From the NCBI GenBank assembly GCA_963662585.1, contig OY759729.1, positions 2,432,001 through 2,496,000 on the forward strand: DNA of 64,000 nt, read 5' to 3'. The stretch is from Candidatus Cloacimonadales bacterium (GTDB lineage: Bacteria > Cloacimonadota > Cloacimonadia > Cloacimonadales > JAFGVF01). Below the pieces are notes generated by a model. It did no database searches. It saw nothing but the letters and a program-made list of their open reading frames with translations, and was not told the DNA's origin. Made by a program: the position numbers and the translations under genes. Each line of letters starts with the position of its first letter. The first letter of the stretch is position 1. Below, piece by piece: positions 29,478 to 39,938 of the stretch.

Positions 29478-29812
29478 AGAAACTACTAATTATTGGTGTT
29501 CTTTTCATTATGATGTCAAGCTTGTTTGCTCATTCTGCAAAAGATGTTACTGCTACTTATGATAAAGAAACAAAATTACTCAAAGTGGACTATGTTCATA
29601 AGGTAAGCGATGAAGCTAAGCACTATATTGTTAAAGTTATAGTAGAAGTTAATAAAAAAGAGATTATCACTCAGTTGCTTTCAAAACAGGAAAGTGCTGA
29701 TGGGGGAGAACTAATTTATAGAATCCCTGATTTAAAAATTGGCGATGAGGTTAGAGTAATTACTGAATGTAATAAGACAGGAAAGAAATCAACTAAAGTA
29801 ACAATAGAATAA
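29474..29812 (+). CDS. Secreted small protein with superoxide-reductase-like His/Cys pattern
   Basis: Signal peptide LFA|HS; VHKV...KHYI; ECNKTG; ATGA overlap with the upstream gene. Confidence 0.6.
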   Translation: MKKLLIIGVLFIMMSSLFAHSAKDVTATYDKETKLLKVDYVHKVSDEAKHYIVKVIVEVNKKEIITQLLSKQESADGGELIYRIPDLKIGDEVRVITECNKTGKKSTKVTIE

Positions 29813-30041
29813 GTAGTGATTGAATGATATTATAAAATACTTGGGTCTTTTAGAAGTATTTAAGAGAGTAAAAACAAAAGAAAATACAGTAGCCCTAAGA
29901 AAAGCCTCCTTAAAAGTTAATTTCCCCTTTTAAATGCTTATATCAATAAATAAAACAGACTGTAACAAGAAATAACAGCTAATAATCACTATGTCTTTCT
30001 TATTTCTTGACTTAATAATCATCTTCTTTATATATTGTTTT

Positions 30042-30857
30042 ATGAAAATATATTTTGTGGATTCATTTACTGATAAAGCCTTTAAGGGTAATCCCGCAGC
30101 AGTTGTTATCCTAGATAAGTTATTGTCTGATGAACTGATGCTTAATATTGCCCAAGAAATTGGCTTTTCTGAGACAGCTTTTTTCTTAGAAGAAAAGAAG
30201 GAAAGATTCTCTTTAAGATGGTTCTCTCCAAGAGTGGAAGTTGCTCTCTGTGGGCATGCAACTTTAGCTACAGCCAAAATATTTTTTACCTATCTCCAGC
30301 CTAAAGTAAATAAGATAGATTTCTTTACTAAGTATGGTAAACTTAGCTGTTTCCGAGAAAATGACAAGATTCAGATGGATTTCCCTAGAGATATTTCTAA
30401 TAAAATCGAAATTTACAATGAAATAAAAGATTTCTTTGATTTCCCAATAAAAGACAGTATATTTTTAAGTGAACATAATCATTATTTGACTGTATTTATT
30501 GCTGATTCAATAAGACTTGATGATCTATATGTTGATATTAATAAAATTTTGGAACTAGATAAAATTGTTTCTGGAATTAGGGGTTTAATAATTAGCAAGC
30601 AAGATAATGGTAAAGTACAGATGAGATTCTTTGATCCTTGGGAAGGAATACCTGAAGATCCAGTAACAGGTTCAGCTGCTTTAGTTGTTGCAGAGTACTG
30701 GTTTGAATTTCTAAAGAGTGATTACTTAGAGATTGATCAATTATCCCTCCGTGGAGGAAAAATATTTGTGAAGCGTGGAGAGCAAAGTCTCTCTATCATA
30801 GGCACTGCAACAATTATATTAGAAGGAAAAATAATGGTAGGTAAATATGGTGAATAA
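30042..30857 (+). CDS. PhzF-family isomerase
   Basis: VDSFT...FKGNPAAV, SETAF, LRWFSP..EV.LCGHATLA and EDPVTGSA motifs. Confidence 0.93.
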   Translation: MKIYFVDSFTDKAFKGNPAAVVILDKLLSDELMLNIAQEIGFSETAFFLEEKKERFSLRWFSPRVEVALCGHATLATAKIFFTYLQPKVNKIDFFTKYGKLSCFRENDKIQMDFPRDISNKIEIYNEIKDFFDFPIKDSIFLSEHNHYLTVFIADSIRLDDLYVDINKILELDKIVSGIRGLIISKQDNGKVQMRFFDPWEGIPEDPVTGSAALVVAEYWFEFLKSDYLEIDQLSLRGGKIFVKRGEQSLSIIGTATIILEGKIMVGKYGE

Positions 30858-30978
30858 ATCACAAAAGTTTTATTTAGGAGTTTTATTAATATCAAGCTTT
30901 GCCTTAATATTAATTGCTCTAATTAATAAAACCAAGATGTCTTTAGAAGGTACAGTAAAGGTAGGTATAAATGGCTAA
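30847..30978 (+). pseudogene. 43-codon chimeric remnant (MlaD-like start plus PhzF-like end)
   Basis: MVNKSQKFYLGVLLISSFALILIALINKTKMSLEGTVKVGING; diverged duplicate of the phzF/mlaD junction with a 124-bp period. Confidence 0.6.
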
Positions 30979-31933
30979 CAAAGCTCAGAAATTTCGTCTT
31001 GGAGTCTTTTTAATTACTGGATTTTCCTTGATAATTATTACTATAGCTGTAATAGCAGGAAGTAGTCTATCTCAAAAAAGAGATATTTATTATATCAACT
31101 TCCTAAATGAATCAGTTGGTGGTTTAGATGTTGGTAGTAAAGTTAATTATCAAGGTATCGGGGTTGGTCGAGTTGAAGAAATTGTGATTTCCCCCGAAGA
31201 TGTTACTTCTATAATTGTTACTATTAGTATTCAGGGTGGCACACCAATAAAAAGTGATGCCAAGGCTTCTCTTTCCCCAGTCGGTATCACAGGATTAAAT
31301 GCCATAGAAATAAAGGGTGGAACTAATGAATCTAAACTCTTAGAACCAAAATCCTCTATTGAAGTTGAGAAATCTCTCTTTGGAACAATAACCAATAAGG
31401 CAGTATCAATTACAGAACAATTAGATGAACTAATAAAGAGTTTAAATAAATTAGCTGACCAAAGCAATATCGATAATATTGCTTCTATAATTGGAAATTT
31501 AGATGAAATTCTTACAGAAAATCGTTCTACTTTAGAAGGAACAATGCGTAATTTAGAACTAATTTCAGGAGATGTGGCTAAATTTACTAATGTCCTAGAA
31601 TCCAAATTAGATACCCTAGTTACTTCAGCAACCCAATCAATAATAGCAGTTAATAAGATTTTAAGTAATAATTCTATCAATAATATTATTACTAATCTTG
31701 ATTCTATTTCTTCAGATTTAGCTGGAGCTGATCTAGATGTTCTAATTACTAGTGTAAATAGCTCAGTTATTAGATTAGAATCAATGATGAGTACTGTTGA
31801 TAACACTGTTATTAGATCAAGAAGAGATATTTTAGATATTCTAGAATCTGCCAGAGAAGCAATGGAGAATTTAAATGAATTCTCTAAACAGATTAATGAT
31901 AACCCATCCGCAATTATAAGAAGCAGTAATTAG
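30971..31933 (+). CDS. MlaD/MCE-domain protein with long helical tail
   Basis: Single TM; ESVGGLDVGSKVNYQGIGVGRV; GITG; C-terminal NPSAII. Confidence 0.92.
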   Translation: MANKAQKFRLGVFLITGFSLIIITIAVIAGSSLSQKRDIYYINFLNESVGGLDVGSKVNYQGIGVGRVEEIVISPEDVTSIIVTISIQGGTPIKSDAKASLSPVGITGLNAIEIKGGTNESKLLEPKSSIEVEKSLFGTITNKAVSITEQLDELIKSLNKLADQSNIDNIASIIGNLDEILTENRSTLEGTMRNLELISGDVAKFTNVLESKLDTLVTSATQSIIAVNKILSNNSINNIITNLDSISSDLAGADLDVLITSVNSSVIRLESMMSTVDNTVIRSRRDILDILESAREAMENLNEFSKQINDNPSAIIRSSN

Positions 31934-31941
31934 GAGAGCAC

Positions 31942-34059
31942 ATGAGAAAACATAACTATTTTATATTTATTTTAATCGTAATTTTAGTTTCAACAATTTT
32001 TAGTGGATGTTCAAATAATAAAGAAGATAATGTAATAAACTACTATATTTTAGATTATATTCCACACCTAGATAATGAAGATTTGAAACAAGTAACCCCC
32101 TTCCCTTATAGTGTTGAGATTACAGAAACACAAATACCAAGAACTTATCAGAGAAACCAGATTGTAGAAAAGAATTCTATTAATACTATCTCTTATTCAG
32201 AAGACAACTTGTGGGCAGATAAACTCTATAATTCTATTCCTCAATTGCTTTTACAAAAATCAACTAGATATAATTTCTTCGAAAATGTACAAAGAGACTT
32301 TTTTACTAGTATCCCAGATTATTATATAGATACTTTTGTGGGAAATATTGAACAAGTTAAAAGCAGTGATTTTGTTTCCGCTCATGTAAAGATGGATTTC
32401 TACTTAAGAAATTCTAAGCAAAAAATTGTAGTAGTTCATAGATTTAATAAAGATATCACTGTTTTAGATGATGATATGAGCTCAACTGTCCAAACATTTT
32501 CCGAGATAATCTCAGAAGAATATGACAAATTCTTGGTTAAAGCCCAAGAGTTCTTTATTAATGGAACTGAAAGTAAAAATCAAATACCTCAGTTAAATGC
32601 TGATATAGTAGAATATGGAGATTATTTTGAAGAGGCTGATATTGAAGGAGAAAATACTGGAGAATTAATAGTTCCTAATTTATCCCAAAGTCCTAATGCT
32701 CCATCAGTTTTAGTAATGAATAATGAAACTTCTTACTCAACTATAATTGAAATGGGCCAAGTTAAAACCCTACCTGTAGGAAAATATACCCTCTATTTAG
32801 GACAGGGGCAAGAAAGAGAATTAACTTATCCTATTGAGATAAAACAAAAATATAGAACTATTGTAGAACCTAAATGGAGCTCTTTAATTATTAATATTAT
32901 CGATAGCGGAAAATCCCGAGTAAGAATGTCTTATGATATTTATGAAGGGGATAATAATGAAGCTATCGGATTTGACTTCTCTGCTGCTGATGAAGCTGGT
33001 GAAGAGAATAGAGTTTGGATTTTGCAACCAGGACGCTACTTCATAACTATTGATGGTGCTTCCTTCTCATCTTATATAGATTTTACCACTGTTGATATTG
33101 AGCCAGGCAAACACTATAATCTTACAATTGTTGTTGATCCTGAAGGTACAAACGGCAAACTCCTTGGAGCAGGTATTCACCCTCAAGAGACTGAGAACTT
33201 ATTAAAAACCTACTATTCCTCTCAAAACGCCTTCCATCTAAACTTCAATATCAATGCTGATAATGAAACTGAAGAGAAAACTTTTGATGAGAATATAACC
33301 TTGAGTAGTCAGTTTGATAAGAAGATGTACTACCAAAGAGATAATATCGATTATGAAGGTAGAATTAACTGGGAACTTGGTTTCAACAAAGCCTCAAATG
33401 AAGATTTGAAAATCTCTGTTGATGAATTCAGATTTAATAATACTCTTATCTACAATATTTGGGATCAACTAGGTCTCTATGGTAGATTTGACACTAATTC
33501 TCACTTCTTACCCAAACATAGCTATTTTACATCTGAATCAAACTACATAATCTACAATGAGAGTGGCGAAGTTGTTGATTCTCTATATTCTCAAGATAGA
33601 GTGAAAATTCAGAACCCTATTTTCCCATTAACCCTTAAAGAAGATATGGGACTTAATTATAGAATCAATAATGGCAAATATGGTAATGTTAACTTTAGAG
33701 CAGGTTTAGGTTGGTTACAGACATATAATCAGGATGTACTTGTTTTTGCCAAAGATAATACTTATGGAACTAAACTTTATAATAGATTATCGGATACCTC
33801 AACCAAAGGTATTGCTACTTCTATTGTAGGAAATGTTAATATTCCTCAAATTCGCTTGACTTGGTCTTCTACTGCTGATTTACTTATTCCTTTACAGGGA
33901 GCTCAGAAGCCTACTTTCGAGTTTATTAATATATTCAATATCAAGCTAATTAGAAATGTTTCTTGGGACTTCAGATTTGATGTTAATTATGATGAAAATG
34001 TGAAAGACTATTTCGTCTATAATACAAGTTCCTTCATCAGACTATCATACTTCTTCTAA
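31942..34059 (+). CDS. Lipoprotein with PqiC/ABC-auxiliary-like N-domain fused to a probable C-terminal beta-barrel
   Basis: Lipobox FSGC; YYIL...IP..Y.R.QIV...Y....WA; amphipathic strands ending FIRLSYFF. Confidence 0.65.
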   Translation: MRKHNYFIFILIVILVSTIFSGCSNNKEDNVINYYILDYIPHLDNEDLKQVTPFPYSVEITETQIPRTYQRNQIVEKNSINTISYSEDNLWADKLYNSIPQLLLQKSTRYNFFENVQRDFFTSIPDYYIDTFVGNIEQVKSSDFVSAHVKMDFYLRNSKQKIVVVHRFNKDITVLDDDMSSTVQTFSEIISEEYDKFLVKAQEFFINGTESKNQIPQLNADIVEYGDYFEEADIEGENTGELIVPNLSQSPNAPSVLVMNNETSYSTIIEMGQVKTLPVGKYTLYLGQGQERELTYPIEIKQKYRTIVEPKWSSLIINIIDSGKSRVRMSYDIYEGDNNEAIGFDFSAADEAGEENRVWILQPGRYFITIDGASFSSYIDFTTVDIEPGKHYNLTIVVDPEGTNGKLLGAGIHPQETENLLKTYYSSQNAFHLNFNINADNETEEKTFDENITLSSQFDKKMYYQRDNIDYEGRINWELGFNKASNEDLKISVDEFRFNNTLIYNIWDQLGLYGRFDTNSHFLPKHSYFTSESNYIIYNESGEVVDSLYSQDRVKIQNPIFPLTLKEDMGLNYRINNGKYGNVNFRAGLGWLQTYNQDVLVFAKDNTYGTKLYNRLSDTSTKGIATSIVGNVNIPQIRLTWSSTADLLIPLQGAQKPTFEFINIFNIKLIRNVSWDFRFDVNYDENVKDYFVYNTSSFIRLSYFF

Positions 34060-34063
34060 GATT

Positions 34064-35140
34064 ATGAGCAATATTAATATAAAAGATCAGACACTTTCAA
34101 TATCGGGCAAGATAGTCATTGCTACTATTACCCAATTACTAAAAGATTATGATCAGAATTTTAACAAAGCGACTATTACTAAGTTGAATCTCAATGCAGT
34201 AACCGAAATTGATGGGGCGGGGGTCTCTTTTGTCGAAATGCTATTAGATAGGAATAAGCTGGGAAAAGAGGCCTTAGTGCTAGAAAATCAAGCTATAATG
34301 AAGACTATTGAAGTATTCTCTTCTACTAGCGTTAATTCAGCAGAGAAACCAAAAGCTGATAACATCTTCGTAAAAGCAGGTGAGAATTTTCTTTCACTTA
34401 TGAAGCAACTACTAGATGGTTTATATTTAGCTTCTGATACTATTTGGTGGAGTATATCTGGTCTAGTGAACAAAAAAGGAAGACGCAAAGGTTCTGTCAC
34501 TGAGCAAGCACTTGTTATTGGTTTAGATGCAATGCCTATTGTTGCTCTCTTATCATTTGTTATTGGTTTTATTCTAACTCTACAATCTGGATTTCAATTA
34601 CAGAAATTCGGGGCTAATGTCTATATTGCTGATTTGCTAAGTATTTCCATAGTCCGAGAAATGGGACCGCTAATTACTGCGATTATTATAGCTGGTAGAA
34701 GTGGTTCTGCGATTGCTTCAGAGATAGCAACAATGAAAGTAACAGAAGAGATTGATGCCTTGAAGATGATGGCTTTGAATCCTATTAAATATGTTATTGT
34801 TCCTAAATTTCATGCCATAACTTTAACTATGCCCTTATTAGTAGCTTTTTCCATATTAATAAGCATGGGAGCTGGTTTACTAATCTCTGTTGGCTTTTTA
34901 GATGTTGCTCTTGAAGTATATATCTCTCGCTCAATTAATATTTTGGCAGTAAAAGATGTTATCATAACATTAATCAAGACAATCTGTTTTTCTTGGTTAA
35001 TAGTTATTATCGGAGCTTACTATGGAACAAAAGTTACTGGTGGAGCAGAAGGTGTTGGTAAAGCAACTACCAGCTCAGTTGTTACCTCAATCTTTGCTGT
35101 TATCTTAGCTGACGCAGCATTTAGCTTAATCTACTTATAA
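34064..35140 (+). CDS. MlaE-family permease with N-terminal STAS domain
   Basis: VTEIDGAG; REMGPLITAIIIAGRSGSAIASEIATMKVTEEIDAL; GAEGVGKATT. Confidence 0.95.
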   Translation: MSNINIKDQTLSISGKIVIATITQLLKDYDQNFNKATITKLNLNAVTEIDGAGVSFVEMLLDRNKLGKEALVLENQAIMKTIEVFSSTSVNSAEKPKADNIFVKAGENFLSLMKQLLDGLYLASDTIWWSISGLVNKKGRRKGSVTEQALVIGLDAMPIVALLSFVIGFILTLQSGFQLQKFGANVYIADLLSISIVREMGPLITAIIIAGRSGSAIASEIATMKVTEEIDALKMMALNPIKYVIVPKFHAITLTMPLLVAFSILISMGAGLLISVGFLDVALEVYISRSINILAVKDVIITLIKTICFSWLIVIIGAYYGTKVTGGAEGVGKATTSSVVTSIFAVILADAAFSLIYL

Positions 35141-35142
35141 TT

Positions 35143-35886
35143 ATGAAAAAAGATATAATAATAAAAACTACTGACCTTGTAGCTAAATATGGCGATAAGA
35201 TTATTTTAGATGGAATCTCTGTGGAGATGTATAAAGGTGAAGTTACTGTCATTCTGGGTACTAGTGGATGTGGTAAAACTACTTTACTCAAGAATATTCT
35301 TAGGATGTATCAGCCTTATTCTGGCACTGTAGAGATTTTCGGTGAAGAAGTATCTAACTTAGATGAAGATCAATTCAATGAGGTCCTAAAGAGAACAGGA
35401 ATGCTTTTTCAAAATGGAGCTCTTTTAAACTCTATAACTGTCTATGATAATGTAGCAATTCCTCTAGAACAGCATACTAATTTACCTCGAAGTATAATCG
35501 ATAGAATTATTAAAACAAAACTACATTTAGTTAATCTAGATCATGCAGTATATCTATCTCCTTCCGAATTATCAGGTGGTATGAAAAAGAGAGCAGCCTT
35601 AGCTCGGGCCTTAGCTTTGGAGCCAGAAATACTCTTTTGTGATGAGCCTTCAGCAGGACTTGACCCAATTACCAGCGCAGATTTGGATAAACTCATAATC
35701 AATCTAAAAAAGCAATTAAATATGTCAATGGTCATTGTTACCCATGAATTAGCTTCAATTCACAGAATTGCGGATAGGATAGTTTTTCTGCATAAAGGAA
35801 AGCTTCTCTTTAACGGAACTTTAGACGATGCCAAGAAATCAGGTATCCCTGAAGTTGAAGAATTTTTCGAAATAGGTTCTTTCTAA
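35143..35886 (+). CDS. MlaF-family ABC ATPase
   Basis: GTSGCGKT, GMLFQNGAL, PSELSGGMKKRAALARA and DEPSAGLDPI motifs. Confidence 0.95.
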   Translation: MKKDIIIKTTDLVAKYGDKIILDGISVEMYKGEVTVILGTSGCGKTTLLKNILRMYQPYSGTVEIFGEEVSNLDEDQFNEVLKRTGMLFQNGALLNSITVYDNVAIPLEQHTNLPRSIIDRIIKTKLHLVNLDHAVYLSPSELSGGMKKRAALARALALEPEILFCDEPSAGLDPITSADLDKLIINLKKQLNMSMVIVTHELASIHRIADRIVFLHKGKLLFNGTLDDAKKSGIPEVEEFFEIGSF

Positions 35887-35932
35887 TTTTTTTACTTGTA
35901 AAAATTATCTCTTAATATTTTATTGTAAAAAA

Positions 35933-37717
35933 ATGATTAGAAGGATTTCTTTAATGAAACTAAACATATATTCTTGTATTTTTATTCTTTTCTTTGCTGT
36001 AACTTTAGCCTACGCTCAGAGTGATTCTTTGCTAGTTGTAAGTGATTCTTTGCTTTTCAATCAAGCAAAAGAGGATTCTCTCAGGATTGAAGCCTTTATT
36101 GATTCTTTAGAGAATCAAAAAGCTAAAATTGATTATGAGGCTTATCAGAGCTTATTCGAAAAAGTAGAAGATTATAAAAGTGCAAGTAGAGATAATTTTA
36201 ATGCTGATAGAAATAAAGGATTATTTTGGTCATTGCAAGGGCATCTCTTCGGATTAAATTCAGATAATTACTTTATTAAAAAAGATCACTTCTCGGAATT
36301 ACCTTCCCTTTATCCTACTTTCGTGAAAATGCAGAACTATAATCGACTTTACACAGATTCTAATAGTGGAAGTTTCTATAATTTAGACAAGGAATATTAT
36401 CAGTTACCAGTAACTGCTATTGAAGTTGTGGCTGGAACAGGTGATTATGATTTAGGTGCAGGCTTTTTCGCTTTGAAGAAGAACAAGTTTTTGGATAAGT
36501 ACAACTTAGATTTCAGAATGAATTTTCTTAAGGGTGATATGTTCTCTGGCAGTGAGTTGGCTTCTAATGTTAGTACTAATCTAATCATACCACTTAAAAA
36601 TAGCAGTGTAGATATTGCTTACAACTCCATCTCTTATGAAGGACCCTACTATCGCCTTTCACCAGCTTTCAAATTAAATACTACTATCTTTGAAGAGAAA
36701 AGTCGAGCCATCTCTCTTTATTATGCGAATAACTATCTTGATTTAGGATTAAAATACTCTTCAGAAACTTATAAAAGGATTACTCCTACTTCATTGAATA
36801 GAGAGTACTTTCAACTTTTATTTGCTAAGAATTTTACTCTAGATAATTGGCAGGGAAAAGCTAGTTATGAATACTATTTCCATAAGGAAGATTTTTATAG
36901 TCAAGAATTTAATTCCCTCTCCTCTGATATCGACCAGTTAGTAAGTTTAGATTTTAACTCAGACTATGACCGTCTTAACCTAAGCAATAAATTAGTAATA
37001 ACTTATCCTTATCAACTTTTGTCTAATACTAATCTCTATTATGACCTAACTAATCAGTGGCGATTAGGAGCATTTACTAATTTCAGGAAGACCCTTAAAA
37101 AAGATAATCTTTATACTGACTATGAATTTAGCTCAGACTCAGATTCTGAAGAATCTTTAATTCAAGCGCCTTTTTATCTTAACGAGAAGAATAATACTGG
37201 TATCAAGTTAAACTACTCAAAAAATAATTTAAATCTTGCTCTCGAAGTTGCTAATGCTACTATTGAATCAGAACTTCTAGATTCAACTATTACTGAAAAC
37301 TATCAAGCTATAAAAACTCAGTTATCTGCTAATTATTCTCTTGCTTATGGTAAGTATAGCTTTAAATTAGCCTCATTGATGAAGTTCTATCAGGATTTAG
37401 ATAATAATGATATTTATTATACTCCTCAAGCCAACCTAACAAATTCCGTAGAAATAATCCGGGATATGGATCATGATAATTACATAAAAGCTGGGATTGC
37501 CTATCATTTCTTTGATGCTTATTTAGGATTAGAAGATAAAAGCAATGTTATCTATAATGAGACTTCTCTATTGGATTTATATCTTGGCTTCCAGATAACT
37601 AAGCAATTCGAAATTAATGCTTACTGGAAGAATATTCTCGATAATCAATATATTGCAGGAGAAAGAACTATCCCACAATCTATCACTGTTCTAATCTCTT
37701 GGAATTTTCTTAACTAA
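35933..37717 (+). CDS. Hypothetical outer-membrane beta-barrel protein (putative porin)
   Basis: Signal peptide; Tyr/Asn-rich amphipathic strands; LDLYLGFQI...KNILD...ISWNFLN ending. Confidence 0.6.
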   Translation: MIRRISLMKLNIYSCIFILFFAVTLAYAQSDSLLVVSDSLLFNQAKEDSLRIEAFIDSLENQKAKIDYEAYQSLFEKVEDYKSASRDNFNADRNKGLFWSLQGHLFGLNSDNYFIKKDHFSELPSLYPTFVKMQNYNRLYTDSNSGSFYNLDKEYYQLPVTAIEVVAGTGDYDLGAGFFALKKNKFLDKYNLDFRMNFLKGDMFSGSELASNVSTNLIIPLKNSSVDIAYNSISYEGPYYRLSPAFKLNTTIFEEKSRAISLYYANNYLDLGLKYSSETYKRITPTSLNREYFQLLFAKNFTLDNWQGKASYEYYFHKEDFYSQEFNSLSSDIDQLVSLDFNSDYDRLNLSNKLVITYPYQLLSNTNLYYDLTNQWRLGAFTNFRKTLKKDNLYTDYEFSSDSDSEESLIQAPFYLNEKNNTGIKLNYSKNNLNLALEVANATIESELLDSTITENYQAIKTQLSANYSLAYGKYSFKLASLMKFYQDLDNNDIYYTPQANLTNSVEIIRDMDHDNYIKAGIAYHFFDAYLGLEDKSNVIYNETSLLDLYLGFQITKQFEINAYWKNILDNQYIAGERTIPQSITVLISWNFLN

Positions 37718-37744
37718 TATCATAAGTTAATTACTTAGCTTTTT

Positions 37745-39919
37745 TTATTTCATAAGCACTATTTTGTGAGTTTGAAACTTTCCCTCAACTTCAATTTTGA
37801 TAAAATACATACCAGAAGAGGTTAAGTCACCAGCATTATTCTTACCATCCCACACGAAACTATGGTAACCACTATTTAACAAACCATGATAAAGAGTTCT
37901 AACTCTTTGACCTTTTAAGTTAAATATAGAAAGCTCCCCTTTACCTGCTTTTGCAACAATAAAGCTAATCTGAGTCTCTGGATTAAAGGGATTAGGGTAA
38001 TTCCTTAATCCAAAAGCTGATTCATTTGTTGGTAAGATATCTTCATCATGATTAGAAACACTTAGGGGGAGCATGGGGATATCCAAGTTTAACCCTAAGA
38101 CTTCCATAACTGTAACATCAGGGATAATAAGATCCTGATAATCCCAACGACTTGCCTTAATAGTATAAGTACCAGCTCCACAATGATAGGTGTATTTACC
38201 TAAGGTGTCGCTAAATTCAGGGAGTTTATCCATTATCTCTATCTTAACACAATCTAAAGCTTGATTGGTACTTGCATCATAGACATTACCTCTTAGACCG
38301 CCTATATAGGCAGAAGCATACTCATAAGCTCCGATATCTACTACTGCTGGCATATCACTGTTACTTGAGAATATTCTTTTATGATAGCGTATGTCAAAAT
38401 CTGGTAAATCCTCCCGATATGCACCAGCATCTCGGCAAGGTGAGGAAGCAGATAAAGAATAATCATGATTTAATGTATCTGCAAAAAGTGGGTCTGCGTA
38501 GATATGATCCTCAACATTGAATGCAGTTCCTTGTGGGAAAAGTAGAATTGAACAATTATTAATCAAACTTGTAATATATCCAGTTGAAGGAGTCCCATAC
38601 CAAGTGCTTATATCAATTATGTTATTTGTAAATATAGCAGCAGAGCTTCCTCTAGCATTAATTAACCAAGAATAGTTTACAAATGTATTATTGTATATAT
38701 ATGGTGATGTATCATCAGTTAAAAATAGTTTTCCTGCAGGAGAATCTGCTGTTTGTCGTACTAGATTATTAAAGAATCTGATTTGCCCGTCGGGAGCTAA
38801 TGATGAATTTTTTTTTAAATCCATAACACTACTAACATGTTCATTTGTTTCAATTATATTATTATAGATGTATGAATCGTTTCCCTCTGTTGCTGTCGCA
38901 GTAACTTGAACATTTCCCAATAGATAGTTATCAGAAACATAATTTGTCCCATACCCTCCAGAATATAAATTTATGGGATCTAAGTCAACCTTAGTCTTTA
39001 CTAAAGTATTTTTCCTAGCAAAAACAACATCCGTTGAATCACCAGATGAACACCCCCAGCCTCTTTTACCATTATAGGCATAATTACCGTAACTGTTAAT
39101 AGCAGGATAGTTCCATTCTATAGTTCTGGCTTCCTCTTCTCTTGCATCAAAGTCATCAAAAAAATTGAAGAGGTAATAGACTTTTATGTCACCCATAAAA
39201 GAAGCAAACATTGAATTACCAGTAAAATAACAACTGGCAATGATAAGCTCATAATCTTCAGCAGGATGGTTATCTTCTGAAGTTACTATGTTTATTGCTT
39301 GAGAAGAGACGAATGGTGGAGAATAGAAATCACCAGTATCAAAGCTACATTTATATACAACTAAATCCATCATCAGATTACCAGTTCCTAAAGCTATGTA
39401 ATTATCAGTAAATGTACAATTACTAATATTGATTAATCCATTACCGAATGTAAGAGTTGCAAATGCTTGTTGATAAGCTTCATAATCACAAGTGAAGCCA
39501 TTATTAATTTCGCAATATTCGAAAGTTGAGATTGGAGCATTGCTTGTAAAATAAATACCTCCCCATCTGTAGTCACTAGCATCTTGATATTTATCAAAAA
39601 TGATAGGATTCTCAGGAGTGCCAATAGCATTGATTGTTCCGTTAACAATTATCTTCTTGGCAACTGGTTCATTGTCGTTATTAAGCCCTCCCCACATAAA
39701 GTGATGTGGATCAGTAGTAACTCCTCCATAGACTAAAATTTCAGTCCCAGGCATAATAGTAAGAGTTACATTACTGTCTACATAAAGAAAAGAGTTTATG
39801 ATATATGGATTATGTTGAGGATACCAAACAGTATTCTGTGTAATATGACCGGCAACCTCTACTGAGAAAAGAGGTAAAAAGATTAATAATAAGACTAAAA
39901 GTAATATATACTTGTTCAT
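37745..39919 (-). CDS. Secreted beta-helix protein with carboxypeptidase-regulatory-like and FlgD-Ig/T9SS-type C-terminal domains, paralog A
   Basis: GTPENPIIF, WGGIYF, repeated xNN rungs, DPLF..DYSL..SPC.DAG, DIGAYE and NYPNPFNPET motifs. Confidence 0.8.
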   Translation of the reverse strand: MNKYILLLVLLLIFLPLFSVEVAGHITQNTVWYPQHNPYIINSFLYVDSNVTLTIMPGTEILVYGGVTTDPHHFMWGGLNNDNEPVAKKIIVNGTINAIGTPENPIIFDKYQDASDYRWGGIYFTSNAPISTFEYCEINNGFTCDYEAYQQAFATLTFGNGLINISNCTFTDNYIALGTGNLMMDLVVYKCSFDTGDFYSPPFVSSQAINIVTSEDNHPAEDYELIIASCYFTGNSMFASFMGDIKVYYLFNFFDDFDAREEEARTIEWNYPAINSYGNYAYNGKRGWGCSSGDSTDVVFARKNTLVKTKVDLDPINLYSGGYGTNYVSDNYLLGNVQVTATATEGNDSYIYNNIIETNEHVSSVMDLKKNSSLAPDGQIRFFNNLVRQTADSPAGKLFLTDDTSPYIYNNTFVNYSWLINARGSSAAIFTNNIIDISTWYGTPSTGYITSLINNCSILLFPQGTAFNVEDHIYADPLFADTLNHDYSLSASSPCRDAGAYREDLPDFDIRYHKRIFSSNSDMPAVVDIGAYEYASAYIGGLRGNVYDASTNQALDCVKIEIMDKLPEFSDTLGKYTYHCGAGTYTIKASRWDYQDLIIPDVTVMEVLGLNLDIPMLPLSVSNHDEDILPTNESAFGLRNYPNPFNPETQISFIVAKAGKGELSIFNLKGQRVRTLYHGLLNSGYHSFVWDGKNNAGDLTSSGMYFIKIEVEGKFQTHKIVLMK

Positions 39920-39938
39920 TCGAACTCCTTAGGTTGCG

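Noticed and set aside
31231..31806. 191-aa antisense ORF and other short overlapping ORFs in the track
   Set aside because: Shadow frames of well-supported genes
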